From Phoronis australis (lineage: Eukaryota; Animalia; Phoronida): a stretch of 64,000 nt of DNA. The DNA lies in assembly GCA_002633005.1 (NCBI GenBank), contig NMRA01000170.1, positions 689,007-753,006 of the forward strand, in the 5' to 3' direction. This document shows, piece by piece, positions 49,101-57,686 of this stretch. The notes beneath the pieces were generated by a model that was not told the origin of the DNA, did no database searches, and saw only the letters and a program-made list of their open reading frames with translations. Both the position numbers and the translations under genes were made by a program. The first letter of the stretch is position 1. The number at the start of each line of letters is the position of its first letter.

Positions 49101-52100
49101 ACTTACAACCTTTAAACCTGGCTCTGTTGTGAATAAATATCTACATGGTTGAAGGGGGTGCTGCAAAATATATTTTTCTCTTACTATTATACTTTATAAT
49201 TATTTGAATTTAACTGAGAATGGAGATGAGGTATTTTGCTAGACAAATGAGCAATACTACAAAAACAGACATTTTTTGTCAACCAGGTCCAACGTATCCT
49301 TAACATTCCCATGTTTTGAAACTTATCCAGACTGAACAGAGTCTACTGTCTCCTAGTAGATGCAGCGTTAAGAACATGAAATTGTCTTCTCTCCACCTAG
49401 GCACGTCATCTCATGGCATCTATGCGTAACAGTCTGCTACTGATGTTCAGCTGTCTATTGACCTTGACCTTCATACAGGTGGTGGCCTCTTTTGGTCTGC
49501 CTCCACCACTTAGGGGTTATCATGTGCTGTGGCTGTGCTGTTTCGTTGTGCCCCTGCTGAGCCTCACTGTGATGGGTGTTCCTAAGGACTCTGGCTGCAT
49601 CACTCATGTACCCTATGGCAAGAATAACCGCTTCATTAAGAAGAAGGTTTGTTTATATTCAACGAATATTCATAATGGTCTGTGAAAAATAATGAGCTGT
49701 ATTAATATATTAATAAAATTGAACTAACAGACTGTGCCAGATCATCCAGCTAAATAAGCTAGAGCTTTGGGTCCCACGCAATATTAGGGTCTTACCTTGT
49801 AGAAACTCGGTCCTACAACATGTACACACCTCCACAACAGGAACACACCTCCATAGGCTCCATACGCCTCCATGCACAACAGCTACATGCCTACTCAACA
49901 TGTACACACCTCCACACATGGATGTGGTTGCTACAAGGGTAAAGAAACAACAAGAAATGTGAAAATTCTCATTTTCTGGCTCGTTACACCATGTTCCTCT
50001 GTGGTCACAGAAAGCAGAATTTGTCTTGCTCTTCATTCGTTTTTATCTGAACTTTGTCTGAAGACATAATGAATTGTCAATTCTTCCCGAGTCCAGAGAT
50101 AACTTCTAGACTGAGTGAGAAACAAGACACTACCAACGTTTCAACAGCTGAGTGACTTAAATAACAAATGCATTAACTTGCTGTTAATTAGTTCACGAAT
50201 CATTTTTTGTAATGGTCACAAAATTGAATCAAGGCATTGGACACTCGCCATTATGTGAAACGGATGTCCAACAGCAATAGTCATATTACCTAGTAAACAG
50301 CACTCAATTAACCTTTCAAGTGGAGAAAATGATGTCATTTTGTTGGCACATGAACAACAAGTAACTGTCAGTCTGTTCTAAAACCATTGTTTTCTTAGTG
50401 GTATTTTACCTTCTCACAAACTTCATTTCTTTTGCAGTATGTTGGCCAGTACTTGAAATCGTACATATTTCGCTTTCTCCCATCGTCAGCTGTGTGTCTG
50501 ATCTGTTTCGGATTAACGCTGTACAGCATGTGCGAGGCAAATACAGCAAAGACTGGTGGCGAATGTCATGCCCTCTTTGGTGCAATGTGAGCACTTCTAA
50601 CTAATGTCATATTCTTTTTGATGCAATGTGTGGACTAATTATTGTCATGTCCTCTGTGGTGCAGTGCAAAAACTAATTAAAATCATTCTGTTTGTTGCAT
50701 TATTTGTACTAATTAATGTCATGTCCTCTGTGGTGCAATGTGAGAACTAAATTTAATTAATATATTCTTATTTGTTACAATGTGTGTAGGACACCGTCCT
50801 CTCTGATGCATTATAAACGCCATTATCAATCAACAGTGTTTTTAGGAAAAAGTAAGACAAGTATTACTTTATATGGTCTATCCTCTAGTCTAGAGATTAT
50901 TGTCCACACTACTTTTGTTCAGATTTTCTGCATCATTACAATTTCAAACACTCCACACTTTTGTCTCCATTTTAATAGTACCAAAACTTTTTATTTCTCT
51001 TCCATTTCATCCATTAAAAATCTTTCTAGAAATTTCCTTTTCCTCCTATTTAGGCTGTCAATTTTTACTTTTTAATGGCAGCACTTCTCAGAGTTTAAAT
51101 AATGGTAAAAAATATAATGGGACCGATTTCATGAGTCTCACTGTCACAGTAGAAGGCTTAATTTGATTTCTGTCTTTTCTAAACGGGGCAAAATGCAGCT
51201 TTAAATATCTAGTCTTATTGTTTCAGTAACTCTTCTGACTCTCACTGGAATGGCTGGACATCAGAGTATCGCGGTGACTTGACGCTGGCTCAGAACTGGC
51301 TGGTCTTTCAACTACTCCTCTACTTTAGTACGTCTCTCCTACTACAATTTCCATTGTCTCCAGATGTTGACCTATGGCCTCATTCTCTTGCTTCTACTGA
51401 AGATGTAGCAGCTGACCTCGTGTTCCCTTGCCACATTTCTTTGGTCAAATGTGCCTAAATCATTTTGTAGTGGTCCTCTTTCACAAGCATTTTAATATTA
51501 TGTTGAACTTAGTATTTGGAATGTTTTAAATACTATATTGATCACACATCATTCATTTTATAAGTAATGACAGCATTACTTATGTTGTTAATTGAAAAAA
51601 AATAACCTAATTCAAGTCAAGTAAGATAGGACATAGACACAAGTTTCAGAGCAATTACAATAACAACCAAGTTATCACACTGTTAAGCCTAGACCCCTCT
51701 CTGCTAAACATTAACCGATTTGTCTATTACACATACTTAGCAAAATTTTCTGCTAGTTTCGACATTTGGCGGTTTTGAACATAGATGCGTATAACTCTCT
51801 CAAAGTGTTTATGTTGGTGAAGGAAATAGAATCTCGTCACGATAAAGAGCATTTTGAGACTGATTTTGTGAAAGTAAAAGGCCCAAAGTGATTTTCATTT
51901 TAGTCAACTAAACAGAGCAAACTGCAGCTTTAAGTCATGCTGTTTGTTTTGGGAGACGGTGCAAATTAAAAAAATGCGTAATTTTTCTTCTAAGTTTTCC
52001 TTAATGGGAACCATCATGCTTACATTTTTGAAGCTTGTTAAATTTCCCTTTACGTTTTGATTTTGGTGACAACCTTGCCTGTTGGTGGTTGCGTTGTATT

Positions 52101-54035
52101 TTTGTGTTGCCATTGTATTATTGATAATTCTAGTGTTCATCCTTACAGTTTGTACGTCTTGGAGTTACATGCCATGCTACAACCTCAAGATATTTCTGAG
52201 GAACAAATTCTGGATTTGGACTTGTTGCATATTGTAAGTACTCAGGCTATTGAACTTTCATTTGCCAGTTGGGGGGCTACATTGGGGATCAAGTGACTAC
52301 CTTCTGGCTGTTTTTATTGCGATGTCTTATGACTACCAACTGTCAGGGTTATGTTGCAGTGGCTTAGTGACTACTAATTGAGGGTTACCTTGGGGTTCTT
52401 GGAAGTCTAGTGATTACCAAGTGTGGGTTACATGGGGGCGATTAGTGGTTTTGTGGCTACCAACTGAGGATTATATTGGAGTGCTTGGTGGTCAAATGAA
52501 TACCAACTACTAGAGTGTCGTCTCAGATACCCAACAAAGGTGTGGGCCTATCTTAATGTGTGCAATGATAAATGGTTTGCATAACATTGTCAGTATGTCT
52601 TTAGGGTTGTAGGACTGTTGTCCATGTTTTTGGCATACAATCATTCTTAGCATTGTCCATTCAGTATCAGTGTACTATTCATATTCTAGTCTTCAAGGGC
52701 TCATTTTCAAAGGTACTCAAAGTCGTAGCCTAGACTATTGTATTTTTTGTTTTTGTCAATTGCTTTTTGAAAGAAGTCATTGAGTTATAAGTCGGTCTCT
52801 ATGTAGTCAAATTCACTTTCATTGTTCTTGTAAAAATAGGTTTCCTTGCCAACCGCATTCTTAAAACCATTTTGATTGAGCCTGCAAACTTTGATACAAC
52901 TGCATGGCCTTTTCCTGCATATTATCGGTACCATGTTGTTACACGTTAAGGTTCATCGTTGCTGTGCCTTGTGTGTATGTCACAATTTCATTCATAGGTA
53001 AATGATGTATTATTACCTAAAACACGGTTTTTAAATAAACAAATGACTGCTGTGGCGACTGTAACAATAGGTGTCTAATGATTGCTGCTCCCTTCCATTA
53101 TAGACTCATTCTCCAGGTGATCTACTTCTCTTGTGATCTGGTCGTCCACAGTCCTTCCACTGGAGATGCCATAGTTTACCTCAGTCACGTTCCTATAGCA
53201 ACCTGGGTTATGTCCTTTACCTGGCCATTTCTACTGATACCTTTGAATCTACTCATTAAGTTCTACGATACCAAGTAAGTCTCAAATGTCATCATCTGAC
53301 AGCTGTATGTCCACCTCGACTCACCATTGAATAACTCTCGATTGTTGCAGTAACACCTGCTTTGCATTGGCATAACTTTTATACAACCGCACTGTGCAGT
53401 TTTAATTTAATTGATATGTTGCAATGGCAAATTGATTATAAGTTTCTGGTTTTCCTTTAGGGAGCAATCTGCAAAACTAGACAATGTTTCTCTTGATCGA
53501 AGTTACACTACTCTACCGTTTTCTGATGTATTGGCGTTACATTGAACTTCGCTGTTGCTGGATTGTCTTAGTGTAGATTGTGTGCCACCTGTTTACATGT
53601 ATCTTGATGGAGAGTTCACAGCAGTCATAAGTAACAGCCAAATTGTGTTCCATCATTGTTAACTTCAGACTACCAGACTGTGAAATTGTGTCAATCAGAA
53701 GGTGATTTTCTACTCTCACGTTGCTTAGAGTTCTATGTGGAATGTGTCCCATTATATCTATAAAAATCATGAAAACTACTGTAATGGTAAGAGTGGGGCA
53801 CATCAAATTTAGTCACCAAGTTAATGTAATGTGCCGTCTTCATTTGAATTTGTTACAGAAACACGAGGTCACGCATCTGTACTAGGTCGATGTTATACCC
53901 TGTTGTATGTGTCTTCCATATTTTCTTGAAATTGCCGTTATTGATCATTTTATCCATTTCAGGTTGATGAGGAGATATCAGAAAAGAGAGCGTCTCAATT
54001 TTGGTACTAAGCTGGGCATGAACTCGCCATTTTAG
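24858..54035 (+). CDS. TMEM94: Transmembrane protein 94 (ERMA; atypical P-type ATPase-like ER protein), complete, 27 coding exons, 4128 nt / about 1375 aa by my count
   Basis: All introns GT-AG with continuous phase. Family motifs: QWTYRDGEVVNLPTSLLVKGDVIVLRPGQ, LCCVDKKGILS, ACIRFVHFSNENELRSRVFSEKMGLEAGWNCHISL, NRAKLPKGIENIRPHL..VDNVPLLVSLFTDCT, C-terminal FGTKLGMNSPF*. Confidence 0.96.
25560..25890. repeat. Array of about 50-bp units spanning the TMEM94 exon 2 acceptor
   Basis: ttgactggtcctctttattgtagagatgactggcttgctg variants, about 5-6 units. Confidence 0.85.
25869..26005 (+). CDS. TMEM94: TMEM94 exon 2
   Basis: DDWLAVEALFILLLLLANIYLLVWD TM segment; GTAAGG donor. Confidence 0.85.
26620..27260. 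repeat. 21-bp minisatellite
   Basis: gacagcacagttattggagag, about 28 units. Confidence 0.95.
27624..27820 (+). CDS. TMEM94: TMEM94 exon 3
   Basis: RDGEVVNLPTSLLVKGDVIVLRPG actuator-domain-like motif. Confidence 0.93.
28333..28487 (+). CDS. TMEM94: TMEM94 exon 4
   Basis: VLHPGEVFAP...VLETP; GTAAGT donor. Confidence 0.88.
28690..29110. mobile_element. HINE/DINE-like non-autonomous Helentron fragment
   Basis: Terminal hairpin cccacatat-tt-atatgtggg, degenerate gtct/gtgt/gtcc microsatellite, then internal repeats (ggatgatatctagagaa...gaaacttgacaca twice). Confidence 0.5.
29170..29280. repeat. Array of about 26-bp units ending at the exon 5 acceptor
   Basis: tgtgctgtgtttatgactgatcaaatc, about 4 units. 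Confidence 0.8.
29281..29473 (+). CDS. TMEM94: TMEM94 exon 5
   Basis: TM segment ...TIVVITGLLRYF; GTATGT donor. Confidence 0.88.
29549..32034. mobile_element. Degenerate hAT-like non-autonomous element hosting a nested MITE
   Basis: Ends caaggcttgacattaac / reverse complement catgtcttgacgttaac; ggacaa(c/g)-type subterminal motifs; TSD not clear. Confidence 0.55.
29832..30789. mobile_element. Tc2/pogo-like MITE
   Basis: Perfect 25-bp TIR ccgtattcgccgtaataaccgccca, TA TSD on both sides. Confidence 0.92.
32335..32712. repeat. 55-bp array spanning the TMEM94 exon 6 acceptor
   Basis: tcctcaggtaaacacagttcctctgccttctggtcatacctgaactgtatttaaa, 7 units. Confidence 0.92.
32670..32801 (+). CDS. TMEM94: TMEM94 exon 6
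   Basis: VNSILPLCPLVLPVL...AARV; GTGAGT donor. Confidence 0.88.
33000..33820. repeat. Reverse-orientation copy of the dispersed repeat family
   Basis: gccccctagtggca, tcttcatgaaatttggca. Confidence 0.5.
34239..34403 (+). CDS. TMEM94: TMEM94 exon 7
   Basis: RTANVAHALGHVT; GTAAGT donor. Confidence 0.88.
34890..35052 (+). CDS. TMEM94: TMEM94 exon 8
   Basis: TLCCVDKKGILSYANPSPEKVFF. Confidence 0.92.
35763..35818 (+). CDS. TMEM94: TMEM94 exon 9
   Basis: SYVEVLDLTHNAK; strong polypyrimidine acceptor. Confidence 0.85.
36149..36214 (+). CDS. TMEM94: TMEM94 exon 10
   Basis: VQFDDPSFQKYLTSLKPL. Confidence 0.9.
37045..37310. repeat. Array of about 90-bp units spanning the exon 11 acceptor
   Basis: ttgttcatgtacagatacaaaatattcaaccaatagcg..., 3 units. 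Confidence 0.8.
37283..37404 (+). CDS. TMEM94: TMEM94 exon 11
   Basis: GLNILLNTCN...VVNRR. Confidence 0.9.
38050..38400. repeat. Degenerate array of about 45-bp units abutting the exon 12 acceptor
   Basis: tcttaacattccaagtatatctcagta...tgtcatc. Confidence 0.7.
38410..38503 (+). CDS. TMEM94: TMEM94 exon 12
   Basis: CLCSLAREIGFT. Confidence 0.9.
39140..39660. repeat. Array of about 57-bp units spanning the exon 13 acceptor
   Basis: ccttgttctagagtgacaggagtgcccatcagttcaccat, about 7 units plus the exon copy. Confidence 0.85.
39625..39724 (+). CDS. TMEM94: TMEM94 exon 13
   Basis: KHRVPMPNIMSVL; phases 0/1 fit neighbouring exons. Confidence 0.82.
40040..40212. repeat. 18-bp minisatellite
   Basis: tgacccaggtttggtcac, about 9 units. 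Confidence 0.92.
40510..40612 (+). CDS. TMEM94: TMEM94 exon 14
   Basis: SQGTADILLECCSDFWNG. Confidence 0.92.
41030..41188 (+). CDS. TMEM94: TMEM94 exon 15
   Basis: RKKILDFYHR...YCTAYAYRP. Confidence 0.92.
42002..42182 (+). CDS. TMEM94: TMEM94 exon 16
   Basis: NQVFIGMVTMQYQ. Confidence 0.88.
42230..42545. repeat. 30-bp minisatellite
   Basis: ggcgtcattccatccgtgtgtctgtgggta, about 10 units. Confidence 0.9.
43048..43131 (+). CDS. TMEM94: TMEM94 exon 17
   Basis: IDGLEKACIRFVHFSNENELRSR. Confidence 0.93.
43415..43795. repeat. Minisatellite of about 32 bp
   Basis: ctgtactgcaccaatcatgggtctcaagagcc. Confidence 0.88.
43985..44548 (+). CDS. TMEM94: TMEM94 exon 18
   Basis: VFSEKMGLEAGWNCHISL...DTLNR; GTAAGT donor. 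Confidence 0.9.
44512..44900. repeat. 39-bp array spanning the exon 18 donor
   Basis: ttagatactcttaatagagtaagtgactgactgtcagg, about 9-10 units. Confidence 0.92.
45325..45424 (+). CDS. TMEM94: TMEM94 exon 19
   Basis: AKLPKGIENIRPHLDLVDNVPLLVSLFTDCT. Confidence 0.94.
46130..46310. repeat. Degenerate minisatellite of about 17-20 bp
   Basis: gttgggataacagca repeats. Confidence 0.75.
46853..46961 (+). CDS. TMEM94: TMEM94 exon 20
   Basis: EMIRIMQEHGEVVCCIGS...FVQADVS. Confidence 0.93.
48040..48214 (+). CDS. TMEM94: TMEM94 exon 21
   Basis: LNSIACPL...LELICE. Confidence 0.88.
49401..49646 (+). CDS. TMEM94: TMEM94 exon 22
   Basis: ARHL...LPPPL...VLWLCCFVVPLLSL...GKN. Confidence 0.92.
50438..50586 (+). 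CDS. TMEM94: TMEM94 exon 23
   Basis: FRFLPSSAVCLICFGLTL. Confidence 0.88.
50563..50785. repeat. Array of about 37-bp units spanning the exon 23 donor
   Basis: aatgtcatgtcctctgtggtgcaatgtgagaactaatt, about 6 units. Confidence 0.82.
51227..51327 (+). CDS. TMEM94: TMEM94 exon 24
   Basis: WNGW...LTLAQN. Confidence 0.85.
52149..52233 (+). CDS. TMEM94: TMEM94 exon 25
   Basis: FLRNKFWIWTC; an alternative in-frame acceptor exists at 52134. Confidence 0.8.
53104..53274 (+). CDS. TMEM94: TMEM94 exon 26
   Basis: LSHVPIATWV...NLLIK. Confidence 0.88.
53963..54035 (+). CDS. TMEM94: TMEM94 last coding exon
   Basis: RYQKRERLNFGTKLGMNSPF-TAG. Confidence 0.95.
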
Positions 54036-55299
54036 ACATTTAAGTAACACGAGTCTGATATTGAGAACATATAATACATGGAAAGGAAACAGGTTGTTTT
54101 GCCCTTTCCGTTTGTACCAAGATCTGCATTTTGTTGGCGACCTGTTGTCACAGTCAGAGTTCAAACTTTATTGACTTGTCAGTGATCCCTATTGAACATG
54201 TCCATGTTTTACAATTCAGTGATCATGCGTAATTTGTGCTGTTAAGTAAAATGTCGTGTTTCATTGAACTGTCTACCTTATGTAGATATGGCAACAAGCC
54301 ATACTGGGTCTGGCACCCTGGATGGCAATCTCTACCTCCATAAATCCAGGATAATTTTTAAAAAATAACATTCATTATTCTTCTCTGGTGCTATGCTATG
54401 GGACCATATAGATTATGATGCCAGGTAGAGTAAATCTATAGTTATCTGTAAATCCAGGTACCTTATTTAATTGTATTGTCCCTCAGTTTTGTTAACCAAG
54501 TTTATACATTTCAATTTTCTCTTATACCACTGTGTTAGTCAAATTTTGACAATTTCTTTCTTATCCAGACCCAATGGGAAAACAGTTCTAATAGGTTTTA
54601 TCTTGCATAAATAAAACTTGCTATTACGCTTCTTCATTTCTTGACATCAGCATTTTAAGCCAACTGTTTTACTCAGAGGTTTTGCTAGCTTTGCATTTAT
54701 ATGCATGCTTTTCAAGGCATAATTATTATTAAAGAAGCTTCACATGAGAGAGAACCTTCAAATGTCCCAAGGACAAATGTTATTTGCCAATTTATTACTG
54801 TCATAAATATTTGTTTTAATTATTTAGTTTGTTTATTCCTGACTTCTGATTGGCTAAAGAATTATAACGGTCATAATTCAGAAATTGTGATAGCAATAAA
54901 TTGGACTTATGTTGCACTTTGCCATTAAGAAACGGTAATCGTTAACAAAAACACTTTTCATGACAAACAGGCAGGTGCAAAATACATTTACTGGGACATA
55001 GCAGTCAGATTCAACCCAAAATGAACATCAGCCACACTTCCCTCACTCTTCTAACGAGATGTGGAAATTGGTGTAAAAAATAAACTTGACACAACAGCTG
55101 GTACCTATAGGAGCAGTGTGACCTATTGGGTTCACTAGGTCGAAGGTTTAAATCTCGCTTTACACCACTGAGAGATCCTTGAGTCAGGTTTCTAGCTCCT
55201 CAGCTGAATGTTTAAGTGTATATTAATAAACGAAATTGATTTCAGGAATTTGGTGCAATGGGCAGCCTGCGCACATCAGATATAGCGGGTATCATATCA

Positions 55300-55630
55300 C
55301 ATACTAAAAAGTTTTAAAGTGGCCACAAGGTGGCACAAAATACGTTAAAACCGTCCGAAAATTGAAAGGCATTGCCAAATTTCATGAAACCCACCAAGGG
55401 TCTCGAAAGATGCAAAGGCAAAATGTAAAAACTTAAATTGCCACTAGGGGCAGAGCTGTAGTTGCATGAGCCCGAAATAGGTCGTCGTGTGCTTCATACA
55501 TACACATATGCTATATCTCATTAAGATCCTGCAAGGCATTTTACAAGATACAGCAGCGAACACCAGACAACCACCTTCATTTTGTACACTTCTGAAAGTG
55601 GTGATAATTGTCAATGGTCCCCAAGCTGTC
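55300..55630. repeat. Copy of the dispersed repeat family
   Basis: gccaaatttcatgaaa, ttgccactagggggc. Confidence 0.5.
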
Positions 55631-56596
55631 TGAATCGAGTTTGTGCTATATTCCTGTTGAGTAACACTGAACGACATGGACAGTGGGTATTACCAACCAC
55701 AACTCACTATTTGTCGGATCATTGCAACAAGTTAGTTATTCATTTACTGCAGGCTGAATGTGAACAATCAACACTTTACACACCAAAGTGTCTGTCAAGT
55801 ACATTGTGAAGTTCATTTATTCAACACAAAATGAATGTAAAGCTAAAAAACTTGTAAATTACCAAAAACTTTTAAAAAATTAATATAAAACATGACAGGC
55901 ATGCACATTTCACCCAGGGCCTCCTCTCGTAGAGGTATATGCCAATAAAACTGCTGTGATTGTCAATTTCTTTACTGAACACCAACACTTGTTCAGTCTG
56001 CCTGGTCAGATTTAACGCCTTTCTCACAAACTTTATACTGAGAAAAACGGTTGTAGCTTTGACAAATTTGCGTCAAGCTTAAAAATAAAAACACTATTGT
56101 TGATGGTTTAAGTTAGCTGTTTTTTCATCAAAATGTTGATAAATTGTGTTTTCTACAGACACACCCCTCGTAGTGCTAGTCGATACTACATAACAGAGTT
56201 ATGCAATAAGCTATACACGTGTCTGTCTCGATGTCAGTCCATCGCTAATAGCTGTCCCACTTAGGGTACCCCAACTTGAGGACTACATAGAGTTCAGAGC
56301 CTGGGTGAAATGCAAATGACCATCACCCCAACATCCACTCTAAATAATAAACAATATAAAATTGAATATGGAAGACAATGTGAAGCTGAGGTATGTACAG
56401 AAGCGGATTAGGAATGTATCATAGTCCTATGCCTGTGATTGAGCTATAATGGCATGATGTTTGTGAACACACTAAGAACTACAAATGCACTGAAATGAAA
56501 TGTACAAGTGTTTCAAAACCAAATGTTGGTCATGATCTCTTAAGTTACTAAAATACAAATCTCCAATTGTCTTAGAGACAACATTAGAGAAGCTAA

Positions 56597-57412
56597 GGGC
56601 TGTTCCAGCAAAATATGTATGGGAGGGGGGAAGGCACTTTTATTTCGTACCCACCGCCCATATATTTCATTTATTTCTTCAACCCATGACCCATAATTTT
56701 TTAATTATTTTTAATAGGTTAAAATATAAAATCCAACACTTGCAAACAAATTGCCTCCAGGAGGACCTGTTAAGAACTTAGATGATTGACAGACAAGAAC
56801 TAGTTGTCTTGTCCAATATTGTCAAAAACTAAAGTAGCCTGTGAGCAATACTTTTGGCAGCCACCAGGTGTCTCTGTTCACCATGTGTCTATAATTTCAA
56901 TGAACATTTTTTCATTTATAAGGATCTATGAATCTCAAACTGTCTCCACGAACTCTTCTATACTTCTATGTCAAGTGAATATTGGAACTTGTTTATCTTA
57001 CTCCTCATACTTTTTATTTAAAAATCATCAATTTTCTTATATGTGTTAACACCAGTTCAGTGTTGCATAACTTTTCAATTCAATAGGACTGCAGACAAAC
57101 AGTTGGCTCAAATCAAGTTGCCCATGACTTGATTAATGGCTTAGTGAACATATTGCACTCTGTTCACTGGCAATATGGGCTTTTTTGTATTTGGATAAGT
57201 TAGGACAGTTGCATTTTTTTGAGTTTTTACGGCTGAAGTAACCAACCTATGGACATTAACAGGTGAAAAAATACCACCCATTTTTAATGCATCACTTCTT
57301 ACAGGAACGACCACCCATAATTTGAGTTTTTTTCTGAAGACCACCACCCATGAATTTTTATTTCTACTGCCGTCCCCCCCCCCCTCCCACACGGATTTTA
57401 CTGGAACAGCCC
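56597..57412. mobile_element. PIF/Harbinger (Tourist-like) MITE
   Basis: TIR of about 33 bp, gggctgttccag(c/t)aaaat..gt.tgggagggggg; TAA TSD on both sides. Confidence 0.88.
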
Positions 57413-57686
57413 TAAACTATTTAAACAACTAGAACTTTGTTCATTTAACAAAAATAATACCCAAATATTTTCTATGTGTTAAGTAAAAGCACCATGTCTC
57501 TATTACATAGACTACCAGTGAGAGTACACCTATCTCTCCCAGTCATATATATGAGTACCAGAGCATGTCTCCACAACTCGGTGTTAAATAAAAAGCACTA
57601 GAGCATACCCGTCTCTCCTACGCATATATTACAAGGATACATATCTCTGTAACAGTGATCTATATATAGAGCATACCGAGCACGTG

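Noticed and set aside
55110-55210. Possible tRNA-SINE head remnant
   Set aside because: Too degenerate to support: B-box imperfect and no A-box or tail.
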